A stretch of DNA of 60,370 nt from Methanosarcina sp. (GCA_024280975.1 JAMXLQ010000111.1:1-60370), one strand, 5' to 3'; positions 29,683 to 41,200 are shown, numbered from the stretch's first letter. The notes: generated by a model not told the origin, from the sequence alone. Numbers and translations are program-made.

Positions 29683-31809
29683 ATGAATAGGAAACTCATT
29701 TTTATCATTTTATTATTATTTTTCTCATTGATTGGCACAGCAACCGCATCAACTCTCGAAGTTGGGTCAGGGAAAACTTATACCACAATTACAGCAGCAA
29801 TAAACGCGGCTAGTTCAGGAGACACTATCAGAATTTACAACGGGACATATAACGAGCAACTTTACATTTATAATATTCACGATTTGACTTTACAGGGTGT
29901 AGGGAATCCAGTAATTACTGCTACACCCACAGGTTCAGTAAGCGGGACAATAATGATAGGATGCACCGCGACTTTTCCTCCCACATTGAATGAAGTTACT
30001 TACAATATCACAATAAAAGATTTGACAGTTTATAATAACGCGGCATCGAATGGATTTACTGCGAGTGGTATTTGTACGTATTACACTAAGGTGAATGTGA
30101 TAGATATCGAAAATTGTACTATCAATTCTTTTCAAGGTTGGTGTATCTGGCTGGTTGGTACTGGATCAAATTTTAGAACTGATTCAAATTGCTGCAACAA
30201 TACTATAATCAGGAATAATACATGTTTGAGTAGAGCGTCGGGGGGAATTCGTTATCAAGCAGAGGGCAATAATGTTCTAATTGAGAAAAATAGTGTTTAT
30301 GCTGCGTATGATACTGTTTTTTGGGCTGGAGATACAAATACCAATGTCACAAGCAATGGTTGGGGAATCAATGTAGCTCCAAGTATCAGTTCTGGTCTTG
30401 GAGCGCAGAATGTAACAATTCAAAATAATACTGTATATTGCTGTCTATATTCTTTAATAAAGTGTTTTGCATGGAATGGAACAGTACAGGATAATTATTG
30501 TTATGGGAAAGCTCGGCATAATTGTTATGAATATGGTTTCATGAATGGTGGAATTTTCAGAAACAACACTCTAAAAGATCCTAATTGGGATTGGAACAAA
30601 AATAATATTTATAGATACGATGCTCTTAATAATTGGTGGAACCCTGGAGTGATCCCTGGTAGTCACATGATTTTAGAAAATAATCCAATAGTAAATGAAA
30701 CAGTTAATCAAAAAATGTTAGAAATTGGCGGACATAATAATTTTTCATTAGTGAGAAATCAGACATATGATTGTACTAATGACGCAGGGCAACCAATTAC
30801 AATATTTGGATATTCTGGAGACAGTACGCTAGTTTTTAGGTCATCTGATAATTTATTGTTTGACAATAATACAATACTCAACCATTCAAAAAGTATCAAC
30901 GGACTCTGGCTTGTACCTTCGCCTAACAGTCGATGGACTACATTAACTGTAATTACAAACGCTGTATTTTTTGATGGGGTTGGTACACATGCGAATCCAA
31001 AATCAAACCCTACGTCTTTATCACAGGTTATAAGGGATAATGTAACGCTTCTAGACTGTCGGGATATAAATGACACAGCAGGCGTGGAAAATATAGGCAT
31101 ATTCAATTCTGGTACATTCCAAAATTTCTCACTTGTTCTAGCTAACACCAATTTTACAATTGCTAGATCACACACGGCAGCCGGAAGTCTAGTTTATTCG
31201 TATGACAGATATTACTATACAGATATAGATGTGACAGAAGGAGGAAATCCAACATCTGCGAAATGTAGATTGTATTTCCAACCAAATACATCTAGGCCGT
31301 TTTATAATGAACCACTTAAAGCCATAACCGCAAATTACAGAGATTATTCACAGCCTAATTATACATATCAAGAGACTGCAACATGCAGACTTAACACTCC
31401 TGAATATATCGAAACTCTTTCTAATGGTCAGACAGGAACAAAGGACAATCCTGATAATTGTGTCTTACTGGCATCTACTACAGGCGGAGATAAAAGAGAT
31501 CTGACAGTTTCACCTAACATTGTTTCATATCCAAATGATGCCGATGTATCATATAATATTACGGCATGTGGGGGAGCCTACAATACAACTGGATTTTATG
31601 AGCCTCCAGCCGGATTAAAAGATTCAATAACAGTAGATGCAAACAATAATTATTCACATACTATAGGCACAAAAGCAGGAACCGTAACGAACTTCCATCC
31701 TACAGCTTCTCAATATAAAGATAATCCATATGCACGCGGTACAGTAGACTTAACAATTCCCATCACCGAATATGAAAAAACAATCATCCCAATGGGGGTA
31801 AGACAATGA
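29683..31809 (+). CDS. Secreted right-handed beta-helix surface protein
   Basis: Signal peptide; VGSGKTYTTITAAINAASSGDTIRIYNGTYNE; many NxS/T sequons. Confidence 0.85.
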   Translation: MNRKLIFIILLLFFSLIGTATASTLEVGSGKTYTTITAAINAASSGDTIRIYNGTYNEQLYIYNIHDLTLQGVGNPVITATPTGSVSGTIMIGCTATFPPTLNEVTYNITIKDLTVYNNAASNGFTASGICTYYTKVNVIDIENCTINSFQGWCIWLVGTGSNFRTDSNCCNNTIIRNNTCLSRASGGIRYQAEGNNVLIEKNSVYAAYDTVFWAGDTNTNVTSNGWGINVAPSISSGLGAQNVTIQNNTVYCCLYSLIKCFAWNGTVQDNYCYGKARHNCYEYGFMNGGIFRNNTLKDPNWDWNKNNIYRYDALNNWWNPGVIPGSHMILENNPIVNETVNQKMLEIGGHNNFSLVRNQTYDCTNDAGQPITIFGYSGDSTLVFRSSDNLLFDNNTILNHSKSINGLWLVPSPNSRWTTLTVITNAVFFDGVGTHANPKSNPTSLSQVIRDNVTLLDCRDINDTAGVENIGIFNSGTFQNFSLVLANTNFTIARSHTAAGSLVYSYDRYYYTDIDVTEGGNPTSAKCRLYFQPNTSRPFYNEPLKAITANYRDYSQPNYTYQETATCRLNTPEYIETLSNGQTGTKDNPDNCVLLASTTGGDKRDLTVSPNIVSYPNDADVSYNITACGGAYNTTGFYEPPAGLKDSITVDANNNYSHTIGTKAGTVTNFHPTASQYKDNPYARGTVDLTIPITEYEKTIIPMGVRQ

Positions 31810-34109
31810 GAAAATTAATTTTTATCCTCTTTGGATTAATTTTACTTTGTGGGTCCGCTTTAGCAGCTTTTGAACTGCAAGAAGATTTTCCAGGTACGAC
31901 ATTACCGTCTTATATTTCTAAACAAAACACAGGTACATCAGGTGGTACACTTCCCGTATCAGGGGGATTCATGACACTCACGCCCAGCGGGACAACATCA
32001 GGAGTTTTAGCTTGCAATAATTCATCTTATAAACATATGAGAGTCAATATTACTCCCCATGCTAATGGATACGCGCCAGGTTACGAATACGCTTGGATAG
32101 GGATTGCTAATAATAATTCAGTAAAACCTTCTAGTACATCGGGGGACGGTGCAAAGTTAAAATACGGTGTTTATTTAGTTATTTCTACTACAACTGGTCC
32201 AAAAACGACTTTTCAATTATACGAAGCATGGGATAATGCAGGAACAAGAACAACAAAAAATTCAGCAACTTATACAGCTACTAATTTAGACAACGTTCCA
32301 ACAGTTTTAGATCTCAGAGTAAATAATGATTCTGGAAATCCCGCACAAGCATTTTTAAACGGCGCAGAGGTCTGTAATCTATCATCTACGAATGTAAGTA
32401 CAGGCGGAGGATGGGGTATTTATCAGGGTACTTATACAGGCTCTATCCTGACTATGGGCGTAGATTATCTTTATCTGTCGTCCAGCCCACAAAATATAGG
32501 CACGAATAATATAACATGGTCAAGTCCTCAAGAAATTACATCAAATGAATATGAGTCCGCACCAACTTTTAGTTTCTCAGCAGAAAAATCAGTATCCTAT
32601 AATGTTTATCATTCTGATACAAGTTCTTGGACGAATGGTACGGGTACAAGTTTTTCATATTCACCGATTGCAGATGGATTTAAAGACTATTTTGTAAATA
32701 TCACCTTGTCAGGAAGCAATTTAGATGCCCCAGTCACTCATAATTATACATGGCATTATCGGGCATCATCTGCCGAAGCTCCGATTTTAGAAAGTTTCAC
32801 CCCTATATCAGATAAAACAGTGTATCAATATGAGTCAGTTAATTTTGCAACTGGAATAGTCGGAACTTCAGGTCACCCCAACCCGTCTAATATCACATGG
32901 TATAATAATTCAGTTTCCCAAAGATCACAATCAAGTGTTACTGCTGACAGTTTTGTATTTGTTGCTAATTCGACAGGCACTTTTAACGTTTCTGCCATTG
33001 CCTCAAATGGGCTTGGCTCGAACATGATAACTAGAAATATAACTGTCCTTCCAAACTCTCTAACCATTTCAAATCTAGTCTATAACCCAGCAGCAGATCA
33101 AAATAGTTCAATCATCACGTTTACAGCATCTAATTTTACTCCAGGTATATCTATTCACGGATGGTCGCCTTCAGTTTGGCAAACCGCCGCGAATAATACA
33201 TATGCGTGGACTTATGAAAACGGGACAATCATAGATTATAAAAATGCTACAAGCAATAATCAAACTCTGGTATTTAATTTAACAACTGTACCAGAAGGGA
33301 ATTATAGAATAGTTCTAGTTTCTGCGCCTCTGAATGTTAATTTTACTCAAGAATTCTGGATGAACGGGAGTTCCCCACAGGTTCAATTTACTGACAAAAC
33401 AACAAGCGGTATATTATCTTCCCATTGGGATTTCGGAGATGGCACTGCATCAACAGAAAGAAACCCGAATCACAAGTATGCAGCAGAAGGAACTTATACA
33501 GTTAATTATACAGTCACAAATTCAATAGCATCAACATCGATCATAAAATCAGTCACATTAAACAAAGTATGGTTGCCAGTTGTTTCATTTTCTGCAAATA
33601 CTACGAGTGGTAATTCTCCCCTCATAGTTCAGTTAAATGATACATCCGTTAACGCTACCGGCTATTATTGGACATTTGGTGACGGGGAAGTTTCAACAGA
33701 TCAAAATTTAACACATTCATATAATTTACCAGGTGATTATGTAGCAAAATTAAACGTGTCTAATGATGCTGGATATAATGAAACATCTATGAGCATTTCA
33801 GTTATAGAATCTACTAATTTTTCATGGTCTCCCAATTCAGGTCAATATCCTTTCACCTGTAGATTTACTGATCTTTCTCTAAATGCTACTTCATGGAGAT
33901 GGGACTTTGAAAACGATGGAATAATAGATTCTGTGAATAGAAATCCGGTTCATACATTCGGCACTTCTGGATTATACAGCGTGAAACTAACAACAACAAA
34001 TGCAAACGGGACGAGCTCAAAAACTCAAACAGTTGTAGTTAATCCGTTCTCTATTTCGACACTCAATCAGCTTTACTGGTGGATACATGGCTATTTCGGT
34101 CCTTTCTAA
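31806..34109 (+). CDS. Secreted PKD-domain surface protein
   Basis: Signal peptide; three PKD repeats (WDFGDG, WTFGDG, WDFENDG). Confidence 0.9.
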   Translation: MRKLIFILFGLILLCGSALAAFELQEDFPGTTLPSYISKQNTGTSGGTLPVSGGFMTLTPSGTTSGVLACNNSSYKHMRVNITPHANGYAPGYEYAWIGIANNNSVKPSSTSGDGAKLKYGVYLVISTTTGPKTTFQLYEAWDNAGTRTTKNSATYTATNLDNVPTVLDLRVNNDSGNPAQAFLNGAEVCNLSSTNVSTGGGWGIYQGTYTGSILTMGVDYLYLSSSPQNIGTNNITWSSPQEITSNEYESAPTFSFSAEKSVSYNVYHSDTSSWTNGTGTSFSYSPIADGFKDYFVNITLSGSNLDAPVTHNYTWHYRASSAEAPILESFTPISDKTVYQYESVNFATGIVGTSGHPNPSNITWYNNSVSQRSQSSVTADSFVFVANSTGTFNVSAIASNGLGSNMITRNITVLPNSLTISNLVYNPAADQNSSIITFTASNFTPGISIHGWSPSVWQTAANNTYAWTYENGTIIDYKNATSNNQTLVFNLTTVPEGNYRIVLVSAPLNVNFTQEFWMNGSSPQVQFTDKTTSGILSSHWDFGDGTASTERNPNHKYAAEGTYTVNYTVTNSIASTSIIKSVTLNKVWLPVVSFSANTTSGNSPLIVQLNDTSVNATGYYWTFGDGEVSTDQNLTHSYNLPGDYVAKLNVSNDAGYNETSMSISVIESTNFSWSPNSGQYPFTCRFTDLSLNATSWRWDFENDGIIDSVNRNPVHTFGTSGLYSVKLTTTNANGTSSKTQTVVVNPFSISTLNQLYWWIHGYFGPF

Positions 34110-34124
34110 TACGGAGGCTATAAA

Positions 34125-34703
34125 ATGATTCAAATCTTAAACAATGGATCAGATCAATATATACGGACGCGACTAGTAAAAAGTGATCATTCTGGACCTT
34201 TTACGGGTACTGTAGACGGGGAAGTTCTACCCGGAGCTATACTTATTTTCACAGAGTTTAAAACGACTCCAGAAGATACGGTTATCAACGGAGAAGATAC
34301 AGAAGCAGTTTGGAAATCAATTACCGGAGAATGGCAGGCGAAAATTCCAAGCTCCTATATCACAAGAGATGGATTAGCACGTCTTAATATTTCTGGAACT
34401 GGAGTAGATACGGCATCAATTGATTTGCAGGTAGGAAGTTCAGGAGGCGGAAGCACGCAAGCAATAGACTACTCCTCTTACGATGCATCGGCAAACCAAA
34501 TAACAATCCCCGGAACCTATTCACTCGAAGATTTCACACTCATTCAAAATTTATCAAAAGGAATCATGCTGTATAAATCAGATCCTCCTTACCCTTATTC
34601 AATAACGGTTGTAAACGACAGAGGAAATACAATAGTAACAACGAGGGACGTTGCCAGAATGTCAGCGGATACGGACGTTCTTCAAATTTATGTCAATTCG
34701 TGA
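34125..34703 (+). CDS. Hypothetical beta-rich protein
   Basis: GGAGG SD, ORF. Confidence 0.7.
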   Translation: MIQILNNGSDQYIRTRLVKSDHSGPFTGTVDGEVLPGAILIFTEFKTTPEDTVINGEDTEAVWKSITGEWQAKIPSSYITRDGLARLNISGTGVDTASIDLQVGSSGGGSTQAIDYSSYDASANQITIPGTYSLEDFTLIQNLSKGIMLYKSDPPYPYSITVVNDRGNTIVTTRDVARMSADTDVLQIYVNS

Positions 34704-34764
34704 GGTTTTTTTGCCTCCTCTCTTCTATTTCCCAAAAATCTTTATATCATTCGTATAACATTAT

Positions 34765-35007
34765 TTGATTATGTTGTGTTTCGAACATTCAAACAAACTT
34801 GGTGATATATGCACTAACCGTTGTCCTAAACGTTCAAAATGCAAAACATTAAAATCCTCTATTCTTATCGAAGCTACTGACATTCTAGCCTCTGAAATCC
34901 ATTCAGAAGAGGCGAATGGACTTTTTTTAACTTCTTTCTTACCTTACTGTTCTGCACCCGAAGCCTATATCAACGGAGCAGTTTATGACTACCTCACTGA
35001 AAACTAA
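34765..35007 (+). CDS. Cys-rich small protein
   Basis: C...C...CP....C pattern; own TATA box upstream. Confidence 0.6.
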   Translation: MIMLCFEHSNKLGDICTNRCPKRSKCKTLKSSILIEATDILASEIHSEEANGLFLTSFLPYCSAPEAYINGAVYDYLTEN

Positions 35008-35305
35008 TGTTTCTTGCTGCAATCCTGAATGTGGTCACATGATCACTATTTCTGTTGACCAAAAAAGAGAACTATTGACAGAAAATTATCTAAAATACGG
35101 CAAAGTGTCCCTGATTTACTGTTCTAAAGCTTGCCAGGAAGCTCACCAGATCAAACTTTCCGAGTCAAAATTCTTTGAGAAAGGCAATCTTAAGAATCAT
35201 TCTTCAGCTCTTGTGCGTAAGGGGATTGATTTTAAGAAAAGATGGAGAAGGCCGGCTGCTTTAAGGAAAAGGAGACAAGCTTCTTTGACCTCATTCGAAA
35301 GCTGA
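34985..35305 (+). CDS. Zn-finger protein
   Basis: CCNPECG...YCSKAC. Confidence 0.6.
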   Translation: MTTSLKTNVSCCNPECGHMITISVDQKRELLTENYLKYGKVSLIYCSKACQEAHQIKLSESKFFEKGNLKNHSSALVRKGIDFKKRWRRPAALRKRRQASLTSFES

Positions 35306-35312
35306 TTTTTCA

Positions 35313-35324
35313 ATTTTCCCTTAT
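35313..35324 (+). promoter_or_regulatory. Putative late promoter (neck/tail operon)
   Basis: ATTTTCCCTTAT; TTAT 30 nt before GTG. Confidence 0.65.
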
Positions 35325-35350
35325 ATTCTTTTTTAGACTCTTTTCTTATC

Positions 35351-35743
35351 GTGGCTCTCTGTACTATAGACTATGTCAAATCAAAAATCAAATATACCTC
35401 TCTTACTGACCTTGAGGTTTCTGACATAATCGACGAAGTAAGCGAAGAAATACTTCTAGAATGTGGAACTACAGACGAGACCAATCCTAAAGTTATCCTG
35501 GCGGGACGATATGCTATTCTGGCTGCTGTTCTCACAAAAATGAAAACAACGGGGGAGCTTGCAGCAAATATAACAACTGGAAATGGCCAGAGGCAGAATA
35601 CCACAGATCAAGACATTGAAAGATATGAAAAAAAATCAAAGGAAAAGATTGCAGAATATTTGAACATTGTAAATACTACTTTTTCAAGCCCTTCATTCTA
35701 TTCCGGCTTCGATTGCCACGGAGGCCACCGTGGGTTCCATTGA
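35351..35743 (+). CDS. Head-tail adaptor
   Basis: CTIDYVK N-terminus; position. Confidence 0.7.
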   Translation: MALCTIDYVKSKIKYTSLTDLEVSDIIDEVSEEILLECGTTDETNPKVILAGRYAILAAVLTKMKTTGELAANITTGNGQRQNTTDQDIERYEKKSKEKIAEYLNIVNTTFSSPSFYSGFDCHGGHRGFH

Positions 35744-36095
35744 CGCGGCCATGGTTCACGCCTGTCAGATACACAGAGATACCGGGACAACACAAAATGC
35801 TGCAGGTTCTCCTATCCCAAATTTAGTTCCTACTGATAGTAAATGCCTTTTTTCAAAAGTTAGTACAGCTGGCAATTATATTCCATCTAGTGAAGCAGGT
35901 AAGGTAATAGAATCTTCTATCGTGGCTTTTCTTCCTGCCGAAGCAGTTGTCGAGACAGGCGATTTCATTTCAACAACTGAACCAAACTGGGCGGGAACTT
36001 ATGAAGTTCAAGACGTTGACGCTCCCGAAATCCCCTTTTCTGGAATTGTTGACCACAAAGAAGCTTTTCTTAAGAAGGTGGCTAAACGTGGCTGA
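35730..36095 (+). CDS. Head closure/stopper protein
   Basis: NAAGSPI...FLP....GD...YEV...DHKE. Confidence 0.7.
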   Translation: MGSIDAAMVHACQIHRDTGTTQNAAGSPIPNLVPTDSKCLFSKVSTAGNYIPSSEAGKVIESSIVAFLPAEAVVETGDFISTTEPNWAGTYEVQDVDAPEIPFSGIVDHKEAFLKKVAKRG

Positions 36096-36456
36096 CGGAA
36101 TCACTATAAAAATAGAGGGAGTAAAAGAACTTCAAACAAAGTTCAAGCTTCTTGACAAGGATATTCAGAATATCCTTTCAAAAGCAGTCTCTCAAGGAGC
36201 TGCAATCGTTGAAAGGGACGCTAAGATAAGAGTGCATGTAATTACAGGCAATCTTAGACGGTCACTTACCGAACTACAACAGATTAAGAGCCCAACAAGA
36301 GTAGAAAGTCAAGTAGGTTCAACAGTTCCTTATGCCCCCGTTGAGGAATTCAGACCAGGGCATGAGTATCTACGGCCTGCCCTCGATGAAAACGAAGCTC
36401 AGATAAAAGCAGCAATAGAACAGGCGATAACTGCCAGGCTAGGAGCGTATAAATGA
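36088..36456 (+). CDS. HK97 gp10-family neck protein
   Basis: IEGVKEL, TGNLRRS, YAPVEE, YLRPALDEN. Confidence 0.85.
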   Translation: MADGITIKIEGVKELQTKFKLLDKDIQNILSKAVSQGAAIVERDAKIRVHVITGNLRRSLTELQQIKSPTRVESQVGSTVPYAPVEEFRPGHEYLRPALDENEAQIKAAIEQAITARLGAYK

Positions 36457-36830
36457 GCCTCGGAGAATCTATCAGATCTATTCTCCTTGCAGATCCCACA
36501 GTCTCAGGACTTGTAGGCACTCGTATCTATCCTTTAGAACTCCCCTTATCCTGTACTTTTCCAGCTTTAACTTACTCTTTTCCTTCTGATAATTTTAAAT
36601 TAGTTATGCGCTCGGCAAGATGTCAAATAAATTGCTGGGCAGATGGATACACAGAACGCGAAAACCTGAAACAAGCAGTTGAAAACGCACTAAAATTTTA
36701 CAATGGAATCAGCGAAGGAATCAATTTTGAAATAATCTATCCTCTCGGTCCTTATGATCATATCAAGGATTCCACTTCAGGATTTTATTATTTACCTTAC
36801 GACTTCAAAGTAAACTATTATACAAATTAA
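36453..36830 (+). CDS. Tail terminator (DUF3168-like)
   Basis: LVGTRIYP..LP....PALTY, QINCWA. Confidence 0.85.
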   Translation: MSLGESIRSILLADPTVSGLVGTRIYPLELPLSCTFPALTYSFPSDNFKLVMRSARCQINCWADGYTERENLKQAVENALKFYNGISEGINFEIIYPLGPYDHIKDSTSGFYYLPYDFKVNYYTN

Positions 36831-36842
36831 AAGAGGTAGAAC

Positions 36843-37667
36843 ATGGGTAGAGCACAAACAACACCACAAAATCAGAATTCTATCCTTATGGGTAGTGCAA
36901 AAATCGAAATCCGGACTTATGGATCAACCGGAGCTTATACGGATTACGGACTTGCAAAAGGAATCGAATTCAATGAGACTATCACGCCTTCAGAACTGAA
37001 AGCTGACAATGCTTCTCCAATCACGTTGGAGTTGAAGGAACATTCAGCAACGATTAAATTTGACATGATGGAGCTTGACCTTGCAAATATTTACGCTCTT
37101 CGCGGAGGCGCAAACGGGCTTGATACCTACGCTACACAGGCAGCCGCCCCAGTCACCGTCACCGATGAACGACATGTTTTGAATGGAACTTCGGGGGTTA
37201 GACTGAATTATAAAAACGGTGATGGAACCGTCGTTACAGCAATCACCGTTAAAAATGCTTCCGACGCTGCGGCTGCTCAGAATACAGACTATGTTCTGTA
37301 TATAGATCCAGAAGGCTGGACATGTATAGCCAGGGTTTCCGCTTCGGCTATAATCACAACAGGAAACAACATCAAGATAAGTTATACATATACCCCACTT
37401 GCCAATAAGAGCCTCAGTTCTGGTGGGAAATCCACAATCGGGTATCTAGATGTCAAGTTGACCAACCTGAAGAACATTGGCGGAGTTGACAAGGCTAAAA
37501 CCCTCGTAGTTTACAAGGCTCAGATTCAATCGGGTCTCGATATCAAATTCCCTGCAATGGATAGTGAGGACCCTGCGAGTTATCCTGTTGAGTTGAAGGC
37601 TTACGACGATGCAACCCGAACCGCAGGCGATCAACTGTATAAGTTCACTGATGAGCAGGGGGTGTAA
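36843..37667 (+). CDS. Major tail tube protein
   Basis: Position; ILMGSAKI...DYGL; no sheath gene seen. Confidence 0.8.
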   Translation: MGRAQTTPQNQNSILMGSAKIEIRTYGSTGAYTDYGLAKGIEFNETITPSELKADNASPITLELKEHSATIKFDMMELDLANIYALRGGANGLDTYATQAAAPVTVTDERHVLNGTSGVRLNYKNGDGTVVTAITVKNASDAAAAQNTDYVLYIDPEGWTCIARVSASAIITTGNNIKISYTYTPLANKSLSSGGKSTIGYLDVKLTNLKNIGGVDKAKTLVVYKAQIQSGLDIKFPAMDSEDPASYPVELKAYDDATRTAGDQLYKFTDEQGV

Positions 37668-37669
37668 TC

Positions 37670-38011
37670 CTGGCTGAAGATGTTTTGGAGGGAGTTGATA
37701 TTATCAACCCTCCTAAAAAAATATTTACCTTGGCAGGAGAGCCCATTGATTTTACTTTCGTTCCTACCAGGTTAACCCTCGAAGGTCTAAAGATCCTCGG
37801 GGATATGGAGAAAAAGGCAATTACCGAAGCTGAAGGCTTTGAAAAAATGCTCAATGTCATTGTAAAACAAGCATCGAAAACAAACCCGAAAATTACAGTT
37901 GATTGGCTTCTTGATAATACAAGCATTGACATGATCATGAATTTAGGGGCTCAGATGGCGGGAGCAGCAGAAGATAAAAAGGAGAATAAAGGCGATTCTG
38001 CAAAAAACTAA
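37670..38011 (+). CDS. Tail assembly chaperone (gpG-like, probable CTG start)
   Basis: Between tail tube and tape measure genes; ends at slippery A AAA AAC. Confidence 0.8.
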   Translation: MAEDVLEGVDIINPPKKIFTLAGEPIDFTFVPTRLTLEGLKILGDMEKKAITEAEGFEKMLNVIVKQASKTNPKITVDWLLDNTSIDMIMNLGAQMAGAAEDKKENKGDSAKN

Positions 38012-38295
38012 CCATTGGTCAAATCGTCGCAGAACTCAGCCTGTTGTATTCCTGGACAAAAGAGTACATCCTTGACCAAATGACCTGGAAACAGGTCATA
38101 TATTATTATAATATCGGCTGGAACGCGAAGGAGACCGAGGCGAAGATCCATTGGGGAACTTATGGAAAAATGACGGAAGATTCTTCCGAAACTCCAGAAA
38201 AGAAAGCTTCTAACCCAGATATCGAAGAAATCCGCGCATACCCTGGATATGAAAACTCTTACTATGACAAAAAAGGAAAACTAATCAAGGGATAA
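38002..38295 (+). CDS. Frameshifted chaperone extension (gpGT-like, -1 frame)
   Basis: -1 frame open from the slippery site through ORF 38044-38295. Confidence 0.75.
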   Translation, partial: KKLTIGQIVAELSLLYSWTKEYILDQMTWKQVIYYYNIGWNAKETEAKIHWGTYGKMTEDSSETPEKKASNPDIEEIRAYPGYENSYYDKKGKLIKG

Positions 38296-38296
38296 A

Positions 38297-41200
38297 ATGT
38301 CAGTCGGGGAACTTGTAGTAAGTATTATCGGAGATATGAGTAAGCTCTCCGGTGTTTTCTCTAAAGCTTCTGCTGAAGTTGGTAACTTCGGTTCTTCGAT
38401 TACTTCGAAAGTGGGGCCTGCTCTTTCTGATATTGGCAAATACGCTCTGGTAACGGGTACAGCTCTAGGTACTGGACTTGTAGCCGCTGGTGTAAAATCC
38501 ACCATGATGTTCAAAGATTTTGAAAGCGCGGTTGCCAATGCTGCCAGTGTTACGGGAAAGACGGGCGAGGCATTTACTCAAGCCAAAGCCAATATAAGCG
38601 CACTTTCTCAAGAATTGGGGCAAAAAACTGTTTTCACGACCAAACAAGCAGCCGACTCATTGTACTATTTGGCGAGTGCCGGTATAGACGTTTCTACTAT
38701 GACATCGTCCCAGCTTGTCCCGATGATGAATTTAGCAAGTGCAACTCAATATGATTTGGCAGAAACCACGGCTACTACATTAAGCACTCTATCTGAATTC
38801 GGGTTAGGATTTGAAAGTGCTGGAAGACTTGCAGATGTTTTTGCGGCTGCATGCGGGCAAAGTCAAGCCAAAATGGAAAAACTGTCTCTTTCGATGACTT
38901 ATGTCGGAACTACTGCAAAAACTGTAGGGATGAGTCTTGAAGAAACTACTGCAACCCTAGGTATGCTGTATAATGCCGGTATGGACGGGTCAACAGCCGG
39001 TACAAGTCTAAGAGGAGTGCTCGCTTCTTTGGTTTCCCCTACGAAAGCAGCAACAGAAACATTAGCTGGCATGGGTGTTTCAGTCGATAAAGTAAATCCA
39101 GTTACAAATAAATTTGCCGATATCGTTCAATTGTTAGCCGACAAAGGACTCAATGCAAATCAAGCGTTCCAGATTTTTGGGAGAGAATCTGCACCTGCTA
39201 TATTAGCCCTAACTTCAAAAACTGGCGATCTGAAAAAACTAACTGAACAATTACAAGCGGCAGGCGGAACTGCTCAAACTATGGCAGACGAACAGCTAGA
39301 TACACTGTCTGGGTCTTTGGATAATTTAGGCGGCTCTATAGAAAATATCATGATAAACGTTGGTGGGGCTCTTGCTCCAACTATTCGAAGTGTAGCAGGC
39401 TCACTAAATGAAATGACTCCTGCCATACAAGATTGGCTTATTGCAATTATAGGAGCTATCACTGGTTTTGTATCGAAGTTGAGTCCTGCATTCGACTCTA
39501 TAAAAACGATAGGCAGTGTAATTATTGATGTTTTCCAAAATATATTCCAAGCTTCTTTTAGTAATTCTAATATCGGTACAGGTCTAGCCGATACCATAAG
39601 TAATATAATGTCCACAATAGCCGGAATAGTTCAAAAAGTAACTCCGATTGTCCAAAATGGGATCATCACAACCATTGCACTATTTAGAAATATGGTTACG
39701 TGGCTTTCTCCGACCTTTGAAAATATAAAAGCAATTTTAGGAGATGCATTAAATGTATTCTCTTCTTTCTTTTCTGGAATTTCGGGTCCTGTAGTCTTCA
39801 ACGTTGCAAATTCCCTTGCACAAGGAATTAATTTTATTTCAGGACTTTTAAAAAGTTTTGCCGATGTCATTTCTAGTGCTCTCATTGCTGTAGCTCCTAC
39901 CGTCAAGGCAATTTTCGGTGAAATTGTCAATATAATGTCAGGTTTAGCAGACGCGGTTGGCCCAATCTGGAATCAAATAAGTAATCGTTTTCAGATGGGT
40001 ATCTATGTTTTTGAACAGTTTATTTCCAGTTTATCTCCACTTTGGCAACTCATTAAAAACGATTTTGCAATGTTGGTTAACACATTCCGTAAATTTATTC
40101 CTGATATTTCGCCTATCTGGGATGCTATAAGTAACAAAATGAAAGAATTGCCTAGCATCCTCTCCAATGTTGTCTCAGGGCTGGGTCCGGTTTGGACTCG
40201 AATAGGCAGCTTTTTAGATGCTGGGCTATACCAGTTTAAATTATTTATCTCAAATCTCGGTCCTACCTGGACCAGTATTCAATCAACGTTCTCCCAGCTT
40301 CCGACTATATTCAATAACGCTGTTTCGGCTCTTACTCCTGTTTGGAATGGGCTTAAATCGCTCTTTGAAACTGGTCTAACCATCATTCAATCTTTTGTCT
40401 CAAATTTGGGTCCAACATGGGATAATCTGAGATCTTCTTTTGACAGTTTAATCACGATCATTTCAAAGGTTGCGCCTGCTTTAGCTAAATTTTTTGAATC
40501 TTTTGGAGGCACTGGAGCAAGTCAGGCCGTCAACATAGGAAAAGCTCTGGCAGAAGTAGTCAATATTCTCTCAGGAGCGTTAGCCGGGTTAATGAGGTGG
40601 CTTGCCGACAACCCTAAAATTGTTGAGTTTGGTCTTGCAGTCACCGGAGTTGCTATAGCCATATCCACCTTAGCACCTATAGTAGCGTCTGCGGTTGCTG
40701 TATTTTGGGATGTCGTGGGAATAATCGGAATGATAACAGCAGCATTAGAAAGCGCTTCTATTTTAGCAATAATAGGCGGTATATCAGAGGCTATTGTCGG
40801 TTTTGCTGCTACATTCTTAGCTTCTATTACTACTATAGGTTCGATAGCGGCTACAATAGGAGCGGTGATTATCAGCCCAGTCGGATTGATCGCTATTGCT
40901 GTAGCTGCTTTAGCTATCGCATGGTATAGAGATTGGGGTGGAATTCAAGAGAAAGCTAGAGCGGTTTGGGATTTCCTGGCAACAACGGCAAATAATCTTA
41001 ATACTCGATTGGGAGACGCTTATAATGCAATAATAGCAAGTGGGAGCCTTCTCCAAACTCGTTTAGGAGCTGCCTGGAATGCAATAATTGCTTCGGGTCA
41101 AACTCTTATTTCTATGTGGGGGAGTCTTTGGTCAAATTTCCAATCGATAATAACAAGTGCTGCAAGCTCTGTAAGTGGAGCTATAGCCGGTCTTCTATCA

